Of a stretch of 64,000 nt of DNA, positions 38,071-49,789 are shown in pieces. The translations under genes were made by a program, and so were the position numbers. Within the stretch, counting starts at the first letter, position 1. The number at the start of each line of letters is the position of its first letter. Under the pieces are notes generated by a model. It searched no databases, was not told the DNA's origin, and was given only the letters and a program-made list of their open reading frames with translations. Source of the stretch: Perkinsus chesapeaki ATCC PRA-425 (taxonomy: Eukaryota; Protista; Perkinsozoa); assembly GCA_013115145.1 (NCBI GenBank), contig JAAPAO010000034.1, forward strand, positions 1-64,000, read 5' to 3'.

Positions 38071-39101
38071 ATGTCGGTGAATAATTACTACAAGACTTTG
38101 AACATCGCACGAGATGCCAGCAAACCGGCTATAAGGAAAGCGTATCTTACCTTGGCAAAAAGATACCATCCAGACGTCAATAAGGCACCAAATGGTGAGA
38201 TGGGGTTGCGGAGGGGAGGGAAGTCGGGAGTTGTTGAATTTAGCGGACAAGCTGTTCCAGGAGATTCAGGAGGCCTACAGTGTGCTGTCTGACGATGGTC
38301 AACGCCATAAGTAGGGTTGTTGGAGGAAGTGTCGGTATGAGATTCTGTGCGACAGATACGACGAGCGATTGCGAGCAACAGAAGGAGGCACCACTGGGCC
38401 GTCGGGGGGCTCCTCGAGTTCGAGTGGCGGTAGTCAATTCTATGGCGGAGCGCGGCCTAGGGACGATGGCAGACCGTGGGGGCCTGGCAAGCAATTTTGG
38501 AGTAGGGAGGCTTATGAGGCGTATCACCAGGGTAATAGGGGACTTTGGGACGGTGGTGGTGATACGGACACTGGTAGCTGCTAATCCAACATACGGTCAA
38601 GAATGGCAGAGACGGGAGGGAGCTGGCTTCCATGGTCCTAAGGAGAGCTATGCGAGGTAGTGGGGAGCGGGGGGTAGGGTTGTAGCTTGGATGAGCCGTC
38701 TCTGAACTTCCTCGGGAAGTCGAATCGGCTTAGTCGATTGCTTGACGGCTTCATTGCATAACAAGACGAATGCCACTGTTATTGTCATCGAGCTTGCAGC
38801 ATTGTTTGGGTGCTGTCCGAGGAGCTGGTTGCTGAAACTGTTATTGTTAGATTCCATGCCCGTATGAGGGCACATGACATTGAGATGGAGTATCGCAGGC
38901 AACGGATGGAGAGGGAAAGGATGGCTTGGGGTGAACAGATGAAGGATCAGTAATAACAATACCACCACCATGGTGGTGGCGGCGGAGCGAAGCACGAGAA
39001 TTAGGTACGCCTACGACATGCACCGGATGAACCCCTTTAAGAGCTGGTTGTTTATGGTATTCCCGGCGTTCCTAATAGTGTCACTATTTACTCCAAGGTA
39101 G
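38071..39101 (+). CDS. DnaJ (J-domain) protein with C-terminal TM segment
   Basis: NYYKTLNIARDASKPAIRKAYLTLAKRYHPDVN, FQEIQEAYSVLSD, G/F-rich region; ends WLFMVFPAFLIVSLFTPR*. Confidence 0.85.
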
Positions 39102-39121
39102 AAGTGGAGTTGCTCCTATGT

Positions 39122-39349
39122 ATGGGTAATTGCTGCCGTTGTAGACGCCAAAGGGAGGAAGGTCAGGCTGACTTTGCCACTGGGGACCTTCTGTACGATT
39201 ATGAGGGACGAGCGTATGTACGAGGCCCTGATGGTCGTAACGTCCGTATCCCTCAATACGACCACGCGCCGCCGCCGCTGAGTGCGGGGCCACCACCGCA
39301 GTTGGCAGAGAGGGATTATACGTCTGTTGGACCGAACAGATATATTTGA
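39122..39349 (+). CDS. 75-aa orphan with N-myristoylation/palmitoylation motif
   Basis: MGNCCRCRRQ N-terminus, Pro-rich C-terminal half, single exon. Confidence 0.55.
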   Translation: MGNCCRCRRQREEGQADFATGDLLYDYEGRAYVRGPDGRNVRIPQYDHAPPPLSAGPPPQLAERDYTSVGPNRYI

Positions 39350-39528
39350 TTTGAGTTGATTCCAGCGTTTATTCGTATCACCATCGTACAGGGCGCTCTG
39401 GAGGGCGCTCAGGCAGTCTCGAGCCACTTGCCGCCGTCACACTTGCCGTTTCTGACTTGTCCACTGCGTTCAGTTGAGCTATCCTACCGGCCGCTGCAGA
39501 TTCACAATTGTTTGTTGTTATTATTATC

Positions 39529-40204
39529 ATGACACCGTCCCCTCTCCAACCGCCAGCTCCTCGAGAGAAAGGCTCCTTGTCGGACGGTGACCTGTTCTCA
39601 TCGGCCTTTGCTGCCGATGTTACACCAGCACAGAGTAGGCAGTTGTTCCGGCGGATGAATCCAACTAAGACAAGACCGCAACCACCACAGCACTTCCCTC
39701 CTCGTCAGCAGCAGCAGCCGTCAGTCGGCGGCACTCGAGAAAGAGTCTCCTCGACAGTATCGGCGAAGACACTTACGGAGCGCCGGCCCTCTTTGGAGTT
39801 TTTACCATTTCGGGGAGGCAACAGCTACGATGATCAACCACGGCGAGCGGGCAGCTCTTCCTCCTCCTCGGGGGGCACACTGATCGAGATAGAAGGATTA
39901 AAAGGTGGACAGCGTACTACAGCGGACGTATCTGGTGTTAAAATGATAGAAGTTAAGGCTTCGCCTTTGATGCGATCCTTGGCTCAACTTCAAAGGATGT
40001 TCCCTGAGCTGCATTCAGGGGTGAGTGCCAAAGGGGGGCTCGATCACAGCAGAGAACTATCCAAACAGATATCGATCGTCTTCTTCTTATGACGAGTTGT
40101 TTACCGCTCAGGTATCAGACCGTGTACTACTTTCATCCGGCGGTGATCTGGAGAAGGCTGTGGCGAAGGTCATTCGATACCAATCCTTACAGTCTAATAA
40201 GTGA
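39529..40204 (+). CDS. CUE (ubiquitin-binding) domain protein
   Basis: Low-complexity N-terminus; spliced C-terminus SLAQLQRMFPELHSG-VSDRVLLSSGGDLEKAVAKV has the MFP and DLEKAV CUE pattern. Confidence 0.7.
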
Positions 40205-40311
40205 TATTTACTTTAATATTTTTATCACTAACAAAACTGGTTTAGTTTTGTTGACTATTGTGGACGGATAATTTCGTGGCGCGTGAAACTTGTGTAAGTG
40301 TCGCTACGAGC

Positions 40312-43300
40312 ATGCATGCCTTGTCGTCGTTATCTTCTGTCTGGTCGCCGGCCTCAGCTGTTACCTGCGGCTGCTGGTTCTTCTTCCTCCTCTGGGGTGT
40401 CTGGGGCCAGGCCACCACCAGCAGCACCAATGAACAATACTTCCTCACCGATCCCTATGCCACATGTGCGTTCCATGACACCAACGGGTAGACCATACCA
40501 CCGGTCGGCGGCTGCCAAGGCTCATTTCCTTGTAGACTGGGTCCGGTGCGCTTTACCTTCACCACTAGTGAGTACTCCGACTACGATGACGTCGGCGTGA
40601 CAGCAGCGATGCAGGTCGGAAGTTATCCGGCGGAGGCAACTGAGCTTCCGGGGCAGATACGCGTTGTACTGGACTTTGCTTCCTTCGTGGAGTCGTCCGA
40701 CTGCGCGAGCATCATTGACGCCACCGACGGCTTTCCGGGCCTGTCGACTTGCTACTTCTCGACGAGAGGTAAAGGCGATCTTCAGATTGTTTTTTGATAG
40801 ACTGCCTTGATAGAAATGAAGGTTCAGCTGCAGAAGCGCCTGAAGCGGGGGAAGCGGTATAGCTTTACGGTGCTCATGCGAATGCCAGGAATCGAGCTGC
40901 CCGACAGCGAGGGTTCTTGCCTGCTTCCCCGCCGCTGGGAGCGCCACGGCTGCCTTGTGCTCAGGCAACTTTAATTCGTTCAGCCTCATTATCGAGTATT
41001 ATCAGCTGAGATATATCGAGCAAACTAAATCGCCTTTGGCATTGACAAAACTGGTTAAGCTGAACGCTGACACGTACGGGGCGTCGAACACTAATGGCTG
41101 GGTTACCGAGTTCACCCTACGGTCGCAGGTATTGCTGCCTCCTGGGTTTATTAAAAGTATCTTGGCACTTTAGGAATCGTATCAAGCTGGTGATATACAA
41201 TTGATGACCTTTGCCCTCAAGACGGTTGGTACCATGAACAGCGCCTACAGTATAGATATCATAGCCCACCCGACTGATAAATGGAGGCTTGGTGAGAGAG
41301 GCGAGGGAGAGTCCACTCTAGGATGTGGAGTTAGACTCGATAGTAGAAACAGAGCCTACGTCGCTCCATAAACTCGGAGAGTATAGGAATGCCGCCGGGG
41401 AAGTAGTTGTTGCTTTCCTACTCAGCATTGAGGGTCAGGTGGCGCCAATATTGGGAGAAGGCCGTCTCTTGTTCGATCCATGATCGTTCTTCTTCTTCTC
41501 TCTTGCAACTGTTGATGCCTCAGGTACTCCTGGTGCCGCCTGCCAAGGCTATACCACCAAGCGCTTTATCTCGGGCAGCAGCTGCTTGTTAAGGTCATAT
41601 CCTGGATCAGATGGTACACAGGCGAATGGCTTCCGGTTGGTTATAGACTCCCCACCAGCACAAGACCATTCCAGTGAATTCCAAGTGAGCAGTCTCATCT
41701 TCATATTCATTCTGACATTGTCACTTCCATCATTTATTAACTTCTCCTTGATCCCCCTGTACATCACGCGGCCTCGTTAAGGTGAGAATCCCGAACCCTA
41801 CCGAGGCGGTGAACATGGTATGGGTAGCGATTAGCCTTCGAGACTCTAACCTCGACGTCGACCGCTACGCCCATAGTGTCTTGCTAGATAGGCCTGTCCA
41901 TGTGGTAGGAGTGCCTACAGGGGAGATAGTTGCCTGGCAGTTTCAAGTAACAGAGCTGCTTCGCTCCGCTGAGAGTAAGGATTTCAGGCGGCAAGTTCGC
42001 AGCAGTGGGTGACTCTGGAGTTCTATCCTGGCAACACTATCCAACCATTAAGGCCGATAAGAGGAAGTGCGGTCACCTACGCGGGCAGTATAATTATAGA
42101 GCCACCGCGAGGGTTCAAGGTAGCCGCGCAAGTTCGATCCCTGGTCCCTCCAGCTATTTGTTAGATTGTGGACAGTGTTCCCCCGCAAGCCGTCGAAGGC
42201 AAGGACGCTGTGGTGGGGTTGTGGACATCGAGCGCATCTGACAACTTTTGGCAACTTAAAATAGTCCAGACGACAGCTTTTAAAGATACGCAATTCACCG
42301 TGAAGTTGATGGTTGAGAACCCAGCCGAGGCGTCCAGTGCTACTAGTTGGAAGCTAATCGTACAGGCAAGCAGCAGCAGCTGTGGTTTCCATTATGACAC
42401 AGCCGTTCGCTACTCAGGATGCCACCGAGCCTTTTCCTAATATTATTGCGGCGACAAGAGATGTCCGAGGGTTCCCGATTTACGCTGAGATGACAGCAAC
42501 TCTGGCGCACTCGAACCAAGTCCTCAGTGCAGCGAATGTTATCCGTTTCACCCTTACGCCCATGCAGTACCTTGGACATGTTGAGAACGCAAAAATGATA
42601 ATAACGGCACCGCGAGGATTCACTATACAGAAGAGATGTCCGAAGTTCAACCCTGTCGAAATGCCGGAGGTCGTGTGTAAAGGCAACGAGGGTCGGCAAA
42701 TGACTTTAACGTTTCCCCAGCCAGCCAGTGTCACCGCCGGTGAGACCATGATATTCGACGTTGAGTTCATGAACCCTTCATCGACGCCTCCCTCCTCGGA
42801 GAACCTCTGGTATGTGTACACAGTCCGGCCTGATGGCATCGGGGCTGATGTTACTAAAATACAAGGCTTTGAACTCTACCCTAAGGAATTTGCCACCTTT
42901 GCTGTGGCGCCGAAGAGCCGTTACCAAGGCAACAGGGACGTCGTCATACGCTTTTCGCCGGCAGAGACGATACCGTACGATGACTATCTTCGGATCAGAG
43001 CGCCCGAGAGCATCAACTGGTAACGGTGGTGGCACGGTAGCCTGGACGGGGTGATAAGCACTTGTCAGGTACACGGGTGATGCTACAGGTGACGCAGCGG
43101 CCATAGCAGCAGCCTTGGCGTTCTCATCGGCGGCAGCTGACACTAGCGCTGTGGGAATGTTGACAAGCGACCCTATTATGGAGCCACTCACGCCGAACGT
43201 GCTGGCCTTCAGAGTTCTCGAGCAATTGCAGGCCGGCTTTGAGTGACATTCCCTCTTGTCGGTTGGCAGCAGTCTTTTGTCAGATATGGTTTCAAGGCTG

Positions 43301-46300
43301 TGGCGACAGTTCCCTCAGAAGCACCAGTGTCGAACAGATGGTGGCTAGAGCACTATAGACTGACGGGTGATGTAGAGGAGCCCTTCTTGTATATAGCCAG
43401 TATGGGTGGCCAGGGGTTCAGAACCCAAGTGAGAGCAGCTGTGTTAGGTATAATGTAGAGATTCATATTGCCAGGTTCTGTCGGAGGTTTCCGTCACACC
43501 GTACAGCTCGGTGGAAGAGGCTTGGGAGAATCCAACAACGATAGTCTTTGAGACCTCCAGTGACGTGTCTACCATCCCGGCTCAGGGCGCAGCATCCAGT
43601 ATAATCTGGGCTCAGTGTGATGGTGTTCAAGCTGGTGATGATCAGGTCGTAGAGCAGAACTGCTGGTTCAAGGGCCACCTGGCTTCACGTTCATCTGTCC
43701 TCTTAAGAATGTTGAAATCGCTGTCGGGGACAGCATCACACAACACTTGCCGGAGGATAGGGAGTGCTCGGTGCTGCATTCAGTGGAGAGCGAGAGGAAC
43801 AAACTTCATGTGTAGGGTTTGCGATGGTAGCCCGAACGCCGCCAAGGGTCCTCGGTAGATACTTTGATAACCCAGATGCTGGCCTGAAGGCTGACACCCG
43901 ATACGCCTTTATTGTGGACATGGTTAATTCACTTTATGTGAACCCTACCAGCAACTACTTCAAGCTCTCGACAAGGATAGGTGGACAAGTTGTCGAAGAG
44001 AAGACCATTGAAGGCTTCCAGCTCACCAAACGCATGTCTGACACGCGCTACATCTCTCTGCCGACCAGAGAGGACCGCAGGGCCGGTGCCACGGACAACC
44101 TTGTCACATTCGTCATGGGGCTCACGGTTGACGCCCCTGCTGGAGGTCTGCTCGTTTTGATTGCTCCCAAAGGGTTTAGTCTGGTCCGTAATGGGTATAC
44201 GCGGAGTTGTGAGATAGAGGAAGCCTCCGGGATGGGCACACGTTACGCCGAGTTTCCAGCACTAGATGAGCTCACCTGCCGATGCCCAGTAAACGACTAC
44301 ACAGCGGAGTTGACAATACCACGAGTTCTGCCCAAAGGGGACTATGCCATCCAGGCTAGAGTATCGAACCCGTTGGTTACACCAGAGCACAACTTTTGGA
44401 ACATACTTATAAAGGACGAGGACAATCCTCGGGGCACCATTATGAGTGAGAGCTGGATTGACGGTATGGTCATCCAGGAGATTCTCAATCCTAGAATCGT
44501 CCCTTATAATGCTGCCAACGCTATTCCTGGGGAGGCGGCACCAAACCCGATAGACATCTTCTTTACTACTACGACACTCTTGCCGAACTCGAGGTCAGAT
44601 CCGAACGGCGGGCTTATCATGGTTACCGCTCCACAGGGATTCTACTTCCCGGCCGTTTGTCGATACTTCACGACGACGATACAAGTTGACGAGGCCAATG
44701 GTGGCGCCCTGCTGCCACCCGGAACCACATGTCAGGGGGACGGGGTCCGAACCGTTACTGTACGAACCCCTACGGGTACGTTCCTAGACCCAGGCACCTA
44801 CGGGTTCAGAGTCCTCATTGAGAACCCATCTGCACCTTTCGAAGACTTCAAGACGGAGGACAAGAAATGGGAATTGAAGACGTTGTTGTCGGATGGGACC
44901 ATGGTCGACTATAACGGTGCGGCTTACGGGTTTCCGGTTCGTCACCGCGCCCGGTATTTCTTCATCCAGGCCTTGAGCCAAGTCGGCCTCTACCGGACCG
45001 TTGTTAAGATATCTTTCTCCATCTACGAGACATTGCCACCCCAGGCTAATATCACCATAATAACGCCGGACACACTCACCGTGGACGCGGCCGCCGGCCT
45101 GCCGTGTGTCTATCCGACACCAGAGCAGATCGAGAACGCCATTCCTGGCACCGATCCGAACACTTTGGTGAACTCCCAGGACATCAGGGCAGATTTTGGG
45201 CAGTCACTGCTATCGGACGCGGCACAGCTGCCGGGGTACATCTCTTGCAAGGTCGTGTCTAGTAACGTAATAGTGTTAAAGAACGAAGAGGAAGCTCGGA
45301 CGGGAAGGCCACTGCTGGCTGGCCCGACCTATGAGCAGATTCTGACTAATGTCATGAACCCTCAATCTACACCGGAGCTCAATCTGTGGCGCATGGAGGC
45401 CCACACCGTTCGAGAGAATGCCCCTGAGACCTGGGCCACCACGGGATACATTATATTGCCAGAATTGGCAGATGTATCGGTCGTGAGTTCGAACCCTGCA
45501 TACGGCCTTTTCACTACATTCACCTTCTCTTTGACTCCAATCACTAGAGTAAGCGCCAACCCGTGGACCGCCTTACAACCGGCTTGCCGTAGATACCAGA
45601 ATCTGGTTCCATCCTTATCCACGCTCCGGTCGAAGGCTATTACTTCGGACCGAGACTGGTGGATCCCACAGTAGAGAGAGACTTACTTAGCACTATCCCA
45701 CCACCTGCAGGGGGGACAATGCCTCGACCTCCAGTGGACCAGGATATTGAGTGCTCGGTAAGAAGGCAACTCTGTGGTGGATTACTTAATGAGACTGTCG
45801 GAAGTCTGAGCTGTTCTCTGGTTGAATGCCCCTGAAGCCTTTCTTACAGGGTATCAATAAAAGGTGCACGTTTTTCAGGGCTAGGATAGAAATCGACCGG
45901 ACCTTCATATTAAGTCTCATGAAAATTCTGGTGAACGCCTGGTGCACCAAGCAGTCTTCATCAGTATTCCAACGCACTACTCTAACAGCGGGCTTAATTC
46001 ACCTCGGAGGGAGTAGCGGTATCGATTTTGTTTCTGAATCAGATATTAGCACCGATAGAGGCTGAGGGGGAGTGGACATGCCCCTTCTCCTTCACACCTT
46101 GCCTCAAGGTGGAGGCTATTCAGCTACAGCGATTACAAACACCCGATGTTGCTGTAGAGGACTCATCAGCGTAGACCAAAAAAGTGAGGAGAAGCTGTGA
46201 GTAACCACTCCAACAGATACCAACGAGCTTGCGATGAGCTACAACAGCTATGCGACAACGCAGACTTCCACGGTCCAACATTTCAGCTAGGAAACGACAG

Positions 46301-49300
46301 GATACTACACTGTGTGTCGAGTGGCGGGAGACTAGAGATCACACTTGGTATCACTACTCTTCTTGAAAAGGTACACAATCTTGGTCAGCAACATTGATAC
46401 CTTTCATTAGGACATCCCGCTATCGTTCTCTGTTACTGGCTATAACGCGGACTTGCCAACCTCTGGAGAGGCTCAGGCTGGTGAGACCTCTCTGTGATGT
46501 TACTTTCTCTTTGGAAACGGTTTCGCTGTATAGTCTGGACTCAAGACTCTTGAGTGTGTTTTTGAATACATGTGATCCACCAGTTTTCAAAGCTGTGTCT
46601 CTACTGTCCCTATGCAAAAGGATTATTCCTCCATGAGTGTCCTTCCCAGTATTTATTGAAACTTCTATATTTCACGGTCATTTAGCAGCTCTTGTCCGGA
46701 CTAGCTTTGATTAGTATTGCGTCCCTCAAAATTATACCCCTTTTTGTCAGCTCAAATAGACAACCTGTGGAACTTCGTGACTCGTGACTCTGACTCCTCC
46801 AAGACCATCCTTGACCGAAAGACCAGTGTTGGCTTTGACCAGCTTGGTGTTATTTATGTGGATTTAATATCACCTGACCAGACCAAGGTCAGCGTCAGCG
46901 ACAACATAGTAGAAGTTCATCTGAGGCTATCAACCCAAGTAGGGCAGGCATTCACTACACCATTGAGGACCCTCCACGGCCCAATAGGTTAATCCACCGG
47001 CACGACTGGCTATCACCTACCCCCCGGAGTTCGCCCGCGATAGTGCTACCGTTAGGGAGGTTACCACCAGTGGAGACTTCCCGAGAAAAGTTGATTGGAG
47101 GTCGTCAACTGTGTGCATCGTATCGTTGTTAAGGGGCTTCGTTGACAGGTTCAGTGGCAATCAGCTGCAAATAGACAGCAAAGACGAGCCTTTAAGAAGG
47201 GACGTTCAGCTTATCCTTCGAATGACGGTATCCAACCCACACATATCTCCGCCAGATGAATTCAACATCTGGCGGTTTGAGACCCTCTCATTGAACCCGC
47301 TGAATCTGTAAACCGAGGCCACTGAACGCATGACCACAGTATCGATTACGGAACGCAGATACAACAAATCAGATGTCAATTATGATGTTTCGGGTTTCAA
47401 GATTTACGGCAGCTTCCGTCGTGCCGAGATAGCCTCCCGGGTCAGCTCACCTGCAGTGGAAAATACCGTGGGGATCTGGTTTGTCCTGGAGTCGGACTTG
47501 CCCCGAGAAGATGTACGCACCGAGGATCGAACCGACGCTCTTAAGCCTGGCAAACCATCAGGAGAATCCAACCTCCTACTTGCGTATATGGTTCCCTCCA
47601 GGATTTGCTCCCGTAGATGCCAGCTGCGGCCTCCGAAGCTTCAACTTAGAATACCAAAGGTGTTGCTGCTGCTGCTGCTGCTCTCCGCTACTCCTCGTGA
47701 CCGGCCATAACTTTCGACAGATATGTTGGGACAGATTCCTTCTTCCCGCTGACCAAGAACTTTGTAGCCCTTCCGGCTGGCTCTCTGTGTGAGTCGGGAA
47801 TGGACACTAAGAAGAACCTTATGTACGTGGAGTTGCTGGTGGGCCCTTGATACGTCGCCAACGTGTAGCTGATATTCCCCTGAAGGTCGATAAGAATCTG
47901 GAGTATGGCTTGGACTATGGGTTCCAAGTCGGTGCCATTAACCCATCATATCTGCCCGATGATGGGAGTAACGTATTCCAGTTCGAAACTCAGATGTCGG
48001 GCGTCATCCTACATCTTATACAGGCAAGAAACGCTCTGTACTTTCGTTGGCCACTGTTCCAGCGTTCCTCAGGATGTGCCTGGGTTCGAGCTCAAGCTGC
48101 TGCACACGGCGAAGATCGATGCAGAGAAGACTAATCAGAGAGAGCCACTTAACCTCCTCACTTTTACTTTGAAAAGCATCAAGATCCTCCCTGGCAACAC
48201 CGTTGTTATGGTTGATGGTCCGCCAGTAGGCATAAGCGGTGTTCCTTTGGACATGTTCCTGGCAGGGCTTCGTTTTCACCTGCGCGTTCGTATCCTATGT
48301 AAACCTCGGGCCCACGACAACTTGTACTCCCGATGCGAACAAAGTGCAGTTCCAATTTGACGCCCTGGATCAGAAGGAGGCTAACGAAGAGTTCCAGATT
48401 AAAGTGTACGCCCGCGTTGTCGGCACCTACCCCTAGTGGCTGACAGATACGTTCGAAATCCTCAATTTACACCACAGCCCAACACTTGGGACTTCCGCCT
48501 TCTATCTCCACTCGGCCTGTTCATCGATATCCGTCTCGGCGTCCAAGGATTTGACATCACCGGATTGGTGGAGGTGCTCCTGCAGCCTTCCCCATTCCCG
48601 ACTAGCTTGTAGCTGTTTAGGTGACGATAGCTCCCGAGTTCACGTACAAGCGTCAGCGTAACAACATTGCGGTCGCCTTCCTGCCGTCCACTATCATGAA
48701 CCGTGCCGACATCGGAAACGAAATCGTCGTCACTGCGCCATCGGTACCCCATTTTATGACGGCAGAAGTTGCTATCTCCTGATTCAGGGATTCACTTTCC
48801 CTATCAACTGCTCACATTTCGATATGAAGCCCGAGGCGAGCGTCATCCCCGGGTATGAGATTCCAGAGGACTACGTGTTCCCTCCGGTCGGCACAACTGT
48901 AGGTTTCTCTCGGAGTCCAATTTTCTTTGAATTTTTCTCGTTAGTGCCGTGGTTCCGATAACGTGCTGACGATACGCTTCCCTGCTGGTGCTGGGCTGCA
49001 GCGTTATCGGTATCTTATGCGAGTCGACGTCATCAACGCCAAGTCCAATGCAAACCGATCCATCATCGATGCCGATCCTCCATTCTGGACCTTCAGGACA
49101 AGGGTACGCGAAAGCCGTGTAGATTGTCGCCCATTAGGAAATCTCTTAGGTCAACAACGAGCAAGTGTTTCGTATCGTCGATGCCAACATGACGGTCCCC
49201 GGCTTCTGGGTAACTGACTTGGTCATCCCTCAGATCGGAGCCGCTGCATCACCACCACCATCACAGCTCTCTCTATTAATGTCTTTGTCCGTCGCGATAT

Positions 49301-49314
49301 TAGCATTCATGTAG
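40312..49314 (+). CDS. Giant secreted, probably GPI-anchored protein with tandem beta-sandwich-like repeats (many exons)
   Basis: N-terminal hydrophobic signal (CWFFFLLWGVWG); recurring NPxxxPxxNxW...GF and IxIxAPxGF motifs; C-terminus GAAASPPPSQLSLLMSLSVAILAFM*; exons in 45760-46700 only partly resolved. Confidence 0.7.
42120..42164 (+). other. Intron composed of a tRNA 3' fragment (in giant repeat gene)
   Basis: gtagccgc-GCAAG-TTCGATC-CCTGG-TCCCTCC-A-gctatttgttag; phase-0 removal gives PPRGFK|IVDSV. Confidence 0.65.
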
Positions 49315-49789
49315 CATGTAGCCCCTTGGTTGTTTCCTTTCAAAGCTTCTCGTTATCCAGTTCGGAATGAGGCATTCCTTCGGGAAGGCAACGAGCTGGA
49401 GATTTAAAGCCTACTCTTCCGAGTGATGTGCCCCAGCATGGTCTGGCATTGCCATTTGATTGCGTTTCCATCGAAGCTCGTTTCGGTGCATTCTAGCTGG
49501 GGAGTCCCTCAGCCCCAAAAGGATTTAATAGTAAGCAATGGTTGTTACGGTAGGGTATCATGGCATTTGCAGTAGCGCACTCGTAACGCAAAGATGCAAA
49601 CACGAACGACAAATTATTAAGGTTCCATTATCGTGCCGACGCCGCGGAAGCGTAAGTGACACTATCATCTATCAAATCATCTCTAATTCGATAAGGTGGC
49701 CTCAGCATTCTTGGAGGTAACAGTTTACTCTCACCAGCGATGCGTTTAGTATACCTGACCAGCGCATAGACAAAAAATAGGGGCTCTTG

